Origin: Puccinia triticina
Lineage: Eukaryota
NCBI GenBank assembly: GCA_026914245.1
Contig: CP110439.1
Location: forward strand, 3,410,001 to 3,474,000
Direction: 5' to 3'
Length of the DNA stretch: 64,000 nucleotides
The position numbers and the translations under genes were made by a program. The notes below the pieces were generated by a model, which worked only from the letters and a program-made list of their open reading frames with translations, was not told where the DNA came from and did not search any database. Position 1 is the stretch's first letter. Each line of letters opens with the position of its first letter. Shown here piece by piece: positions 13,909 through 25,803 of the stretch.

Positions 13909-14584
13909 CAGTGGGTCATCTAATGTTTTTGGCACTGCATTTTTTATTGCAGATGCTCAGGCAACTGACCCAAAGTCATGGAATTGGCTGCAGGGGTGTA
14001 AAATAAGTTCCCAGGAATGATTATGATAGAAAAAAAATGAAAATGAAAAATATGAAAAGTGTGCAAATTTTCCAATTTTGTGCAAATTTCTCAGAATCTT
14101 TATTATTGCTCAAACCAAGGAGAGAAAATTACAGAGTACAGTATTGCATGTGACAGGAATGATACAAAATGAAAAAACTGAGACCGTTTTCAATTATTTT
14201 TGTTGGATCAAATAAATCTGGTCAAATTGGTGTTGATTTGGCCTGCAGGTGCCAACTTCTATTTCAAATGGGTGGATACCTCATTCACCCAAAAAATCAT
14301 TGAAAATGGTCTCAGTTTTTTCATTTTTTATCATTCCTGTCACATGCAATACTGCTCTCTGTAATTTTCTCTCCTTAGTTTGAGAAATAATAAAGACTCT
14401 GAGAAATTTGCACAAAATTTGAAAATTTTCACACTTTTCATATTTTTCACTTTCACTTTTTTTCTGTCATAATCATTCTTGGGAACTTACTTTCCACCCC
14501 TGTAGCCAATTCCATGAATTCAGGTCTGTTGCCTGAGCTTCTGCAATGAAAAACGAAGTGCCAAAAACATTAGACGACCCACTG
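13909..14584. mobile_element. Tc1/mariner-type foldback MITE
   Basis: TA|CAGTGGGTCATCTAATGTTTTTGGCAC ... GTGCCAAAAACATTAGACGACCCACTG|TA; ~300-bp inverted arms. Confidence 0.88.
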
Positions 14585-15117
14585 TACATGAAATCCTGCT
14601 ACCAACCAATCAAGTCCACCAAAAACTGATAGAGTTTCAAAAGAGTTTACATTATGAACTTATGTCCCTTGCCATATATCAATGACAAACATGCATTAAT
14701 CATCAACACTTGCTTAAAATTAACCAAAGATTGCCCTTCCTATCACCTTTGTCTGTCCCCCAACTCAAAATTTCCTCCAAAAGAAAAGCTTGGTCTTAGT
14801 GTTAAAATCCCTGCAGCGGCGGAGCTGCCTTGGCCTCTAGTGAATATTAAGCTAAAGAGCCCTAAAGAGGGCACGAGGGTAGAAAATTGCTTACATACTT
14901 GGTAGATATGCCTTACCAAGCGGGTTTACAGAGACGGTGGTGGATGCTCTAATCCACTATTTCTTGAGTTACACCCGCACCAATGCGGATGCTCTTAGGC
15001 TAAATTTCATGCAAGTATGTCACCCACAAGGAACAAAATTTGGGGCCGCGGGAAGCATGTGAAACCCCCTAATAGCCTCAAAGAGGCCAAAAAAGCCATA
15101 ACAAGCCCAAGCTCTCA

Positions 15118-15464
15118 GAGCATCCGCTTTGGTTGCGGATTAAGGGAGGATTAGCGTAACTAATCCTCTTGGCAACCGCATTGGGTCCGATTTAATCTGA
15201 CTAAACTCCTCCTGGGAGTAAAATTTGGAGTAAGCGGGAGTAAAGTTACTCCTTGCTAATCCTGGGAGTAAGCACTGCATGCAGACACTCCTCCCAACCC
15301 AAAAGTGTGCACCAAACACAGCTTAGAGAAGCTGTAGGTGCATAGAACATACTTACACATCTTTCTATCCCACACCAATGTGGTTGCCGGCCGGGATTGG
15401 TGCTAATCCGGCAGTAAGCAGATCTGTTACTCCCCAAGTTACACCCGCACCAATGCAGATGCTC
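15118..15464. mobile_element. PIF/Harbinger-type MITE
   Basis: TCA|GAGCATCCGC ... GCAGATGCTC|TCA; same GAGCAT terminus as 80-982. Confidence 0.75.
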
Positions 15465-16070
15465 TCAGGCCACTGCCTAACTTGACACAACTCCCCCCTG
15501 GTGGGAGGCTTGCTGTGGCTGGCCGCAAAGCGGCCCCTCTCGCAGGGAGGGACTTGCGCGTAATGGCAAAATTTTGGCTGGGAAAGAAATCACAAATGGC
15601 TGGAGGGAAAATATTAATCCTCAGCCAGCCTCCCCCTCAGGTCCTGTGGACCTTCCCCAAAGCCAAAAGATACTTCTGGACCTCAGCTTTCATTTTGCAC
15701 CAGTCTCATCTCCTCAATCCAAACCATTTGCACTGTACTAATGTTTTAAAAATAAATAAAAAAACATGAAGGAATGTAAACTGAGGATGTGCAGCCATCA
15801 TGCCTGGTGGATCCTGGATCCACAAAGCCACAGATCCTACACATTTTGTTGCAGATAGGAAACTCAATTGTGCATATTATCAGAAAATCCAAAAATGGAT
15901 CTTCAGAGCAATGTAATATCCTTCAGGATTCCTTTGACCTTCAAAACGGATTCCTTCAATCAGTTTTGGAGCTTTTTGCTCAACATTTTGGGTGAGGGTG
16001 CGCATCAGCACTGCCAATGAAACTGTCTATTCACTTTTTTTTTGTACATATTTTGCTGATTTTTAAATAA

Positions 16071-18479
16071 CTAGAGGCCAAGGCGGCTTCGCCGCTGCAA
16101 ATTCAATGGCCATCCTGCCTCTTTCAATTACCCCTCCTCTTGACAGGCTATCCATATTAGACAGGCAAAAAATGATTTTAAATCTGGCCAAGTAGGCTGT
16201 TGTGAATCATCTCCCATTCCCTGCTAAGGAACACACACTCCATTGCATCCCATGCATGTAACAAATACATATTTCTCATTCAAATTGATTTCATGCAAAA
16301 AAATTGAATTGCACAAGTCTTTAATTAATCTGAATAAGTCAAGCCCTGATGTTTCTGTGAGACTGCTTAATATATAGCAAAAACAATTCAAAAAAATCCA
16401 AGGACACTTTAGTTATGATTCATCTAATCACTTCATACTCCTCCATATCCAAGCAAGCTCTGTCCATGATCCCCGGCATTCTTGTGTGACCCAGTCTGTC
16501 TGGAGTTTGATCAATGTTGCCGTGAGGAGGGCCCCAGGGAGAAGGATTGGGAGTGGGGGCCGCAGGGATTTCTATTTACACTTGCAGGTTGGTCTGTGCA
16601 AGTACCACCTGCGCAGGGGCAAGGGGTTTGGTCAGAGGGGGCTGAACTTAACTCAGTCCCTCCTCCGCCTCCAAAGGAGGGACTTACAAAAAAGAGTTTT
16701 CTTTTCTTTTTGGCATGACAGGTTTGTTCAATATATGTACATCAACAGGCAAGAAGCCTGCACATCTATCAGTATTTGTTTTTTTATATAGCACCCCACC
16801 CTAATTGTTAAGAAATCAGCTAGAAAGAAAGCCCCATAATGGGTCAGACAGGGTTCCCTAGGAGCATTGTCTCACAGATTGCAATCCATTTGATGTCAGT
16901 GTCATCAAAAAAAAGCAAAATTGCTTTTTATCCTCTGTACATACACCTGTCAGAGCTATGGAAAAAAACAGACAGATGTGTCACTTTTTTGCCTCAAAGG
17001 AACTGTATGTACTTCACTGTTTTGAGGTACCTGGCAGAGTGTCTCACAGGCCATCTTCTGATGCTAATTTTTTGTTGAAGGAGGGTGGTACATCCCCAAA
17101 ATTTTGTGAGGTTGTAGGCCAAGTGTAGACCTTTATCATGGTCTTTACGGTGCCACAATAGCTATTGTTTTGAAAAATTTATTGCAGACTTAGGATTTTC
17201 TCTGCAAAATCTGAAAAACTTGTCACACCAAAAATGTCCACTGATTGAAAAGTCCCCCCTTTGGAGGCAGGCACAAAGCGCCCAGGAGGGACTTTTGTAG
17301 CTAAGTTTGGGAGGGGGCCTTCGACTCGCGAGTGGTATGGCAGGGTGGGGGAGTCAAATTCTCACATCTAATCTTGATGACCAGTCTGAGTGGTCATCAA
17401 GCAGAGATGTGAGTCCCCTCAATGACCGGTCTGATTGGTCATCAAGAGGAGATGTGAGTCCCCTCAATGACTGGCACAGACTGTTCATTGAGAGGAGATG
17501 TGAGTCCCCTCAATGACCAGCACAGACCGGTCATCAAGAGATGCGAGTCCCCTCAATGACCGGTCTGACCGGTCATCAAGAGGAGATGTGAGTCCCGTCA
17601 ATGACCGGCAAAGACCGGTCTCAAGAGGAGATGTTACTCCCCTCAATGACCAGCACAGACCGGTCATTGAGCGGACATGTGAGTCCACTCAATGACCGGC
17701 AAAGACCAATCATCAAGAGACGTGAGTCCCCTCAATGACCGGTCTGACCGGTCATTGAGCGGAGATGCAAGTCCACTCAATGACCGGTCTGACCGGTCAT
17801 TGAGAGATGTGAGTCCCTTCGATGACCGGCAAAGGCCAATCATCAAGAGATGTGAGTCCCCTTGATGAACGGTCTGACTGGTCATCCAGAGATGTGAGTC
17901 ACCTTGATGACCAGCAAAGACCGGTCATGGAGAGGAGATGTGAGTCCCAATGACTGGTACAGACCGGTCATTGAGCGGAGATGTGAGTCCCCTCAATGAC
18001 CGGTCCAGATTGGTCATAGAAATAACTGTACTGCATATGTACTGACAACTGAGTCCCCTCTTTACCCTTGAGCTGACCTGTAACCACTCGACGAGTGTGT
18101 ACAGGCCAGCACTGGCTAGCATTGTGTCTGCCCAGGCGCAGGGCCCTAGCAACCAAAGTTGAGGTGCTCAGGGTGCAAAGCATGAGGACCCAGGTCTTGT
18201 GCAGCTGGTTTGGATACTTAAAGGGTGTGAGGGAAGCTGTTTGTCCCCCCAGAGGATCTGGTTTTGTCCCACCCCCTCCCTGGAGCCCACTAATCACTTG
18301 ATTACATTTTTGACCAACCTTTTTTTGCCTGTTGCTCCGGCACGGGCTGGAGGGTCAATCCGAGGTGCCCTCCGGGGTTTTTGGGGATTAATTTAAACTT
18401 TTATGGGATTTTTGCCAATGAGCAGAGGCAAAAACTTTGATCTTGCCTTCTGTGTTTCTGTGATTTTAATAAACTTGGA
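16071..18479 (-). mobile_element. Non-autonomous Helitron, copy 2
   Basis: Minus strand A|TCCAAGTTTATTAAAA ... GCGGCGAAGCCGC hairpin, CTTGGCCTCTAG|T; removing it gives a host sequence colinear with the empty homologue at ~60930-60971. Confidence 0.88.
17370..18020. repeat. Palindromic ~39-41-bp tandem array (CTCAATGACCGG..CCGGTCATTGAG) inside Helitron copy 2
   Basis: Repeated GATGTGAGTCCCCTCAATGACCGG(TCTGA/CACAGA)CCGGTCATC/TGAG units. Confidence 0.9.
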
Positions 18480-18835
18480 TTATTTAGTGGTTTTGGGGTT
18501 AAATATCCTTCCTTTCTCTGCCAGATCAGACATTAGGCGTAAGCCTTTCCTGCGGAGAGCCCTCCGGGCGGGGTCCCCCGGACCCTCCGTTTGAGAGGCT
18601 TAGTTAAGCTAGGGCCACTGCTGGGCTTTACTCACAAGCCCCTTTTTCAGAGGCTTGTTTCGCGAGGCGCCTTCGGCGCACCGGGTCCCCCGGCCGCTAA
18701 AACAAGGGGTTCTTGATAAGGCTAAAGGCAGCACTCGCGGAGACCCCCGATCCTGAAAGAGCATTCTGCGCAAAACCACCCATTTCCCCGACCCGAATCA
18801 AGCGACATCAAGATATCAGATCCCAAGAATTAAGC

Positions 18836-19643
18836 ATGGCGCTTCGAAAGGGGAAAATTCAAGAAGAGGACGCTTCGCAATTGAAATTAGGACCAGGTCA
18901 GCAACCCCGTGTTCCTATCTGAATGAGATCGTGAATAAACTATACAAATATTTCATGATTGGTCTGTACCTGCATTCAAGAGTTCGAATCGGCTGGTTGC
19001 CTGTCGATATCCGAAGTCAGGCTGCTACTAGAACAGAGAGATAAACCGGCGGATACCGCGTCAGTCACGACCATTCAGCTCACAATTCCCCGATATCCTT
19101 GAGCATATGATTTGTCTATCCCATCTCAACCAAATTCTTACATCCACGGCTTCGGACTCGTACCTTATCACGACGGAAAGCGTGTACAAAAAGGCGCATG
19201 AATATGTGAATCAGTTTGCGAAGTTTAATTCCACCGATTCAGCACAGGCGGCTCGACAGTTGAGTCAATTCCTTGGTCTTCTACTCCGTTCTTCTGCCGA
19301 GTTGGATATTCAATGGAGAGGAGATACTGAAGATTTTACTACGGTCCGAGATAGAATTTTGAGTAAAGACACCAGCCTCAAGCAGTTCCAACTAGCACAA
19401 CTGGCCTCGCTTTGTCCCGAAGAAGCCGAAGAAGCAAAGAGTATCATACCGAGGTGAGCACACGTGTCATTAGATACATTCGATTATGTTTCAAATGCCA
19501 CCCCTATTCCTGCCACTTCAAGCTGAATTGAATGCCGAAACATGTATGCCCTTTTCCCTTTTTTCAGTATTGCGGGAAAAGATGATGATGCTCTTCAAGC
19601 ACTCCTCAACGAGATCTCTGGCCTCAAGCGATATCAAGGATAG
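18836..19643 (+). CDS. RPB4: RNA polymerase II subunit Rpb4, 5 exons
   Basis: Spliced product MALRKGKIQEEDASQLKLGP/EFESAGCLSISEVRLLL../VYKKAHEYVNQFAKF../LKQFQLAQLASLCPEEAEEAKSIIP/SIAGKDDDALQALLNEI; stop TAG 19641-19643. Confidence 0.93.
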
Positions 19644-20669
19644 CCTAGCTAGAAGTTACGCGAATGTAGCCAAAGAAATTACAAATTAAATACCACACGC
19701 CGGGGGTACTTCTTACCGCGAGGCAGTGTGGATCTGACGGGTGACACCAGATTGGTGAAACCGACGTGGACTTCACCGTGCCCCCGGCAATTGTGGGCTC
19801 CCCGTCGGAAATGGACAGGGGTCTCGGATCCTCGTCGCCCCGACAAGAAAACTTCAGTGGACTCCACGCGAGTTAATTTATTTGTGGTGGAGTCCACAAG
19901 AGTAGCTTTTGTGTGCCATGGAAGCCACACTTTTCAATTTCTGTGATGCTGATTCCACAGCTGCTCCGCTTATGCTTTTACATATGCTTGTAGCATGGCT
20001 GTGGTGCATTGTGTGAGACAGAGACCCTGCGGGGCTCTCACAGTGAGGCTTTGTTAAGCTTGGCAGCACCATCACCTCCAGCACGCCCGGATCACAGCAG
20101 CAGCAGCATTAATGGTGAAAGCGCTGCGCTACAGATGGCGCAGCGCAGCGCAAAGTGTAGGGCTTTTTGGCCTGGATGCGCTGCGCTAATTTATAGCGTT
20201 TTTGGGCTACACTTGCGCTTTTTGGTGCAAGCTTGTAGCTTTTCTCTTTGGGTCTTGCTAAATGCATGCCAACTTTTTACTCCATGCACGCCACGTTTTT
20301 GGCGTGTATAGGTGGGTACGTCAAGAAATTGGCGTAAATGGCCTGATAACACCAATTTTTTTGTGCGCCGGGCTGTGCACACCAACTTTTAGGGCCTGTA
20401 CCATAGCCCGTGGATTCCAAGGATCTTGCCTGGGATTTGGGTCTTTCTGTGAAATCCTCAGAACCCAAAATCCCACTTACCATAGCGCCTTTTTGACACC
20501 CTCAGGAACCAGGGATGACAGCCCATTTTCCTTGTTTTGGAAAAATAGGTCCGACCTATTTTTTTTGCCTTGGATTTGTGCACCATTCATCCCCCTGGCA
20601 CGCACATCATTCTATGCGTCACGCACACATCACGTCTTTGTATCATCTTGACTCATCCCAATCCTACCA

Positions 20670-23376
20670 GTATGATGCAACTCAATCCAAGTCTCTTTGC
20701 AGTGTCTACAGCCCCAGCTCAGCCGAGAGAAGAAAAAAACAATTCACCAAGAAGAACTGCCAAATAAACAACCAATTGAAATCAAGACACCAAGGCCTAA
20801 GCCAAAGAAGGTCGTTCCGCCCGCCAAAAAGAAGACATCAATGTCAGGATCTGATGAAGACGTAGTGGATTGATCTGGCGTGGATGAAGCTGGAAAGGCT
20901 GAAAAGACTCCCAAGCCAAAGCCAAATAGTATTTCTGCAGCAAAGGCATTGGCCAAGAAAAAGAAGGTCAAGTCCAATTCTGACAAAGAAATATCTGATC
21001 TCAATGACTCAGATGACGACGGCAAATCCAACAAAAGAAATGCCGCAAAACCAAAGCCAAAGAAGGTTGCAACAAAGAAGGCACCGGCAAAGAAGAAGAA
21101 GGCCAAGTCAGATTTGGACAAAGGAATATCCAATCAAGACAGCTTGGAGGATGATGGAAAAGGTGGAAAGAAGGGCAAACATAACTGGACTAACAAACAG
21201 AAATCAGCACTCCTCTCTTTGATCCTCAACCAGATTGCTTTGGGGAAGGGGACCAATAACGGAAACTTGAAGGCGGAAGGTTGGACAAAGGTTGCCAAGC
21301 GTATGAAATCTTGTTTTGATGTTCAGTTCACCCAGGAACAGCTCAAGAATCAGAAAGGGTTGATGTGAAAGACTTTCATCAGCATGAAGTTCTTGCTTTC
21401 TCAGTTGGGTTTTGGATGGGATGAATCAACTAATATGGTCACCGCTGACGAAGACACATGGGACAAACTGATTGAGGTGAGTTATGAATAGGGATGGCCG
21501 CGGGTACCCGGTATCTGTGGCCGGCGCGGGTACCTGCCAGCAGATACCGGGTGCGGGTGCGGGTGTCAGGGCTAGCCAAAAATTCAATACGCGGTTACCC
21601 GGGCGTGTACCCGCCTATCTGACCAAGCAACTGTCTGTTTTTGTGCAAACGGACAGGACACCCATGTTTCGTCCTGTCTGTTTGTGTGCAAACGGAAAGG
21701 ACAGAGGTGTTGGGGCTGTCCTGTCCATTTCCGCAGGTACCTGGTATCCGTGGCCGGCGCGGGTACCTGCCAGTGGATACCGGGTGCCGGTGCAGGTGTC
21801 AGGGCTAGCCAAAAATTCAATACCTGGGTACCCGTGCATGTACCCGCCTATCTGACCAAGCAACTGTCCGCTTTTGTGCAAACAGACAGGACACCCATTT
21901 TTTGTCCTGTCTTTTTGCGTGCAAACGGAAAGGACAGAGGTGTTGGGGCTGTCCTGTCCGTTTGCGCAAATGGACAGGACGCTGATGTTTTGTCCTGCAT
22001 GCAAACAAACAGGACAATGATGTTTTGTCCTGCACGCAAACAGACAGGACGCCAATGTTTTGTCCTGCCTGTTTGCGTGCAAACGGACAGGACACCAATG
22101 GTTTGTCCTGTCCATTTGCGTGCAAACAGCTAGGAAACCCGATGCTTTGTCCTGACTGTTTGCGTGCAAATGGACAGGATAGAGTACTTTTTGGGGCTGT
22201 CCTTTCCACATTTGCACGCAAACAGACAGGATTGAACAAAAAATTGGCGTCCTGTCCGTTTGCACGCAAACAGACAGGACAGGCGCCACCCCTAGGGTCT
22301 ATGTGAGCCGCAGCTGCGCAACTACGAACCCGCTTTCCAGCCCTTGGGCCCCCAACCCCGGGTGTTTTATGTTCCTTTTGAGTGGCAGCTATCTGCTAAA
22401 ACACGGAGGCATCCGCCAGCGGATGCGGATGCCAGGAATTGGGAAAAAACGGCCTTGCATACCCAAACACAAGTGGGTATCTGGATTCAAATAAACCATC
22501 TCTAACAATTGCACCCCAGTACTAGCCACTTGCACCCGGGTACCCGCCACTTGCACCCGGGTACCCGCCACTTGCACCCGGGTACCCGCCACTTGCACCC
22601 GGGTCCCGCCACTTGCACCCGGGTACCCTCTCCGCGGGTGTGGGTGTCTGAATTTACTGAAATTCTGTCCGGGTACCCGGGTGCAAAGTGCCATCCCTAG
22701 TGGTGAAATGTTCTCTTCTCTCTATAACAATGACTAATCAATCTTGTACATGTAGGCTCATCCAAAGAAGAAGCTTTGTGCCCTGCAAGCCAATCCCATC
22801 AAATGGTAAAATTTAGCTTCACACCTTTTCACCCAAACCTATGCAAGAGGTATCACTGCTTTGTGGCCTGGAGAGGCACCCCCTGTAGCCGAGGTAGATG
22901 AGTTGTTGGGTCAATCGGGCTTGTCGGCAAACTCAATAAAGCGTAGAAATTCTCAGGCACCTAAGGATGACGATTCATCTTCGGATTACGCTGATGTTGA
23001 GGTAGTCGCGCCTCCCATATGCACCCCAGCAGCCAAACGCATTTGCTCCTCAAAGTACGATGTCATCAAGGTTGGCGTTGAGGATATTGTTACTGCTATT
23101 TCTGAGACTGGAACACCAAATGTCTTGGCTGAACTCCCCCCAGTCCATAAGGAAGAACAACCAACCAAAAATCAATCCACACTCAAGGAAGCCTTTAAAT
23201 TGATTTCATCTATGTTCCTTGATAAGGTGTCTACTCAAGGTTATGTTAAATTCATCAAGGTTGTCAAGTCCGAGAAAAATGTTGTATCTTTCCTAGCGCT
23301 TGCATCTACTACAAACCCCTCTGTATGTAAGGTCTGGCTTGAAGAGACCTCTGCCAAACCCATATATGACATGTAA
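20670..23376 (+). pseudogene. Harbinger Myb/SANT-like DNA-binding protein (start approximate; internal stops)
   Basis: Lys-rich N-term, then NWTNKQKSALL..GNLKAEGWTKVA..QLKNQK..*..LGFGWDESTNMVTADEDTWD; intron ~21477-22755 carries a hAT MITE. Confidence 0.82.
21489..22699. mobile_element. Non-autonomous hAT element in the Myb/SANT intron
   Basis: Ac-like TIR TAGGGATGGC / GCCATCCCTA; degenerate 8-bp TSD GTTATGAA/GTGGTGAA; CGGGTACCCG subterminal repeats; 21-bp tandem at ~22526-22627. Confidence 0.82.
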
Positions 23377-23589
23377 AGATTTCTTTCCCCCATAGGATAA
23401 GGATATCGAGCTTTCAACTGTCTCCGTTCTGATTATGATAGTTGTCATTACTCTTCTTTCTGATATGATAAGAATATCTAGTTTCTATTTCTTTTCTGAT
23501 ATTACCAACAACATCAAGAAGAGTAACAAAACTATTGAGTACCCAAAAATTCATGAAGAGTAAAAATACTATGTATGGTTGAGGAAAAC

Positions 23590-24960
23590 TATCTACGATT
23601 CAAGTAAGACTGATACTGTAACTAGAGCTTGTCTGCAAGTCAAGCACACTTTGATTTCATAGCCTTGTTGTCGGCATTAGTTTGGCGATGAGTTAAAGCT
23701 TCATTTTGCTTGGTTAGGTCTTCTGCATTTGATTGGTTGTCATCAGGATCCAATTGGAGAATCTTGTTGTCATCCAACTGCTGGTTGCGACAAAGGAATT
23801 TCCAAAGCATTGCAAGTCCATAAACAAGCTGGAATTGGCAATGGATGTGATTCTCAGAAGGGGTTTTTAGAACCTTGAATTTGGCCTTCATGCATCCAAA
23901 GATGCGCTCGACCATGTTGCGAAGGGAGGCATGGCGGAGGTTGTACAATTCTTTGGGAGTAGACGGTTGCAAGCCTGCCAAAGCTTGCTCTTTTGGATGA
24001 TAACCTGTTGCTTGGAACGGTGTCAAGATGCCTTTCTGAAGCCCATATCCAGTGTTGGTGAGGTAGTACTTGCCAGGTGGTATTGAGAATACCTTTGTGA
24101 AAGCATCTGCCAAGACTGTGCCATTGTGCGCACTCCCCTCCCAGCCAGCTAGTACATATACAAACTCAAAGTCAAAGTTGACAACAGCCAGTACGTTCTG
24201 TGCCACAAACTGTTTGCAATTTCTGTACGGAGCTTGATCTTGAAATGGTATGGTGACCGGTATGAAAACCCCATCAAGAGCTCCTAGACATTTTTTGAAC
24301 GGCACGTATTTCGGATCCTGTGGTCTTTCAGGGATGCCTTCAAATGACTTTAAGTTGACATAATTCAGGTAAAAAGCAACTAATGCATTGATCCACCAGG
24401 AAAAAACAATGATCACTTGTCTGCAAGTGACATAAAAAAAGTACAAAGGGGCCTTTGTAATTTGCTATGTCACTTGTTGGCAAGTGATAATTGTTTTTTC
24501 CAGGTGTGAGGACCTCGTGGAAGTACCTGAAATAAGTCAATCTTGGATCAGCAAGATCAACAGACCAGAAAAATGAGTGGGTGACATAGGATGGTAACTT
24601 TGTACAGTGTAGAGCCTGCGGCGGTATTTGACAACAGTTTGTCTCATTGAATTGTTGCTGACAACTCCATCAAGGAACATGAGTACCTGTTCTTCCACGG
24701 AAAGAGACCGTCTGTCCTTGAGGAGGCCTTTGCGTCGCAATTCTTCCACAAGTGAATCAAACGTAGACCAATTGAGGGCTGTGACTTCTTGGAATAGTTC
24801 AGCTTGTGCTTCTTCAAGGAGGAACCAGGCTAGTGTTGCTTTACCACCATCACTGTAATAAGGCTCCTCATTGCCTGTTTCCCAGACATGGTTGGTATTG
24901 TCCAGGGTGTTGAGTTTTATGGGCCGTCAATTGATTGAATCCGTGGTTCCGTGGTACAGT
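23590..24960 (-). pseudogene. PIF/Harbinger (HARBI1-like, DDE_Tnp_4) transposase, inactivated; ends approximate
   Basis: LSVEEQVLMFL, FKKCLGALDGVFIP, QNVLAVVNFD..VLAGWEGSAH, YYLTNTGY (catalytic D appears as N), ELYNLRHASLRNMVERIFG; interrupted by a MITE at 24394-24506. Confidence 0.9.
24394..24506. mobile_element. 113-bp CACC-terminus MITE (CMC/EnSpm-like) in the Harbinger transposase
   Basis: CACCAGGAAAAAACAAT ... ATTGTTTTTTCCAGGTG; TGA repeated on both sides (2 extra nt on the left); removal restores YFHEVL-NALVAFY. Confidence 0.78.
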
Positions 24961-25803
24961 CTTTAAAGGAACCACGGGGTTTGATGTCAGAGACTCCAAT
25001 GTTTTTTTTTTGGAAGAACATATTTTTGGGGGGCGCAGAATCCAAGCTCCAAATCCGCGGAAAGCTATGGTACAGGCCCTAAAGTTAGCTTCCCCGGGGG
25101 GTTGCGGTAACGGAGTCAAGGGAAGGCAGTATCTATTTTATGAAATTGTATGTGTTCAGTTAAGGTGTTCAAAGTTGAAATCATAAAATTATCAATACAT
25201 AAAATCATAAAATCATAAAACTTTCAAATGATGATTTTATATGTACCATTTTAGAGATGTTGCTCTAATTTGAGTGTTTGGGTGGTACATATTTTTGTCA
25301 GTTTAGATTTTATGATTTTATGGTGTTACTAGAGGCCAAGGTGGCTGCACCACTGCAGGGGTCACTTTATGTAGTGTAAATCGACAATCTCCCCAACCTG
25401 CACCCCAAGGAACCACCCTGCCCCCCCCCCCCCCCCAATCTCACTTTACACACACACACACACCAGCCATTGCACCTCCACCTTTAACTCCCAGCAAAAA
25501 TTTAATGAAATTTTTGTTAGATTTGCCTTCCAATCTTGTCTTCATCTTGTTACTCAAATGCAACCTTGACACAAAATTCTACATTATTTGCACAGGCTCA
25601 ATAAAGTGGCACATGAACATTTTCACTATCAACATGTGTAGCCCAGAGTAATGTATTGAGTTGAGGAAGTTGAACAGAAATCAAGAAGCAATAAATTTTT
25701 TGACTTGCTCATTCAATTTTTCCAATAGAATTGAAGAATACTTCCCATGTTCAGATGTTTGTCTTCCTTTGGTAGTTGAATCTTAGTTTATAGCTTTCTT
25801 TAG

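Larger units (their letters stand above)
9281..14840 (+). mobile_element. Non-autonomous Helitron, copy 1 (contains gene-like cargo and three nested TIR elements)
   Basis: A|TCCAAGTTTATTAAA 5' end homologous to the 5' ends at 18479 and 34223; 3' hairpin GCGGC-GGA-GCTGC followed by CTTGGCCT-CTAG|T; no TSD. Confidence 0.8.
15477..18612. mobile_element. ~0.7-kb non-autonomous element with short TIRs and 9-bp TSD (Mutator-like), split by Helitron copy 2
   Basis: TSD GGCCACTGC at 15468-15476 and 18613-18621; termini CTAACTTGAC / GTTAAGCTAG; inverted homologue at 46531-62921. Confidence 0.82.
20392..25079. mobile_element. Decayed autonomous-type PIF/Harbinger transposon (two convergent genes)
   Basis: TIR GGGCCTGTACCATAGC / GCTATGGTACAGGCCC; flanks TTA/TAA; encloses Myb/SANT and DDE genes. 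Confidence 0.9.

Noticed and set aside
18480..18526. Alternative Helitron 5' end at 18525 (A|TCTGGCA)
   Set aside because: The homologue at 60888-60970 shows 18480-18612 belongs to the host element; the real 5' end is 18479.
21484..22700. Cys-rich ORFs up to 224 aa
   Set aside because: Translations of hAT MITE internal repeats located in an intron.
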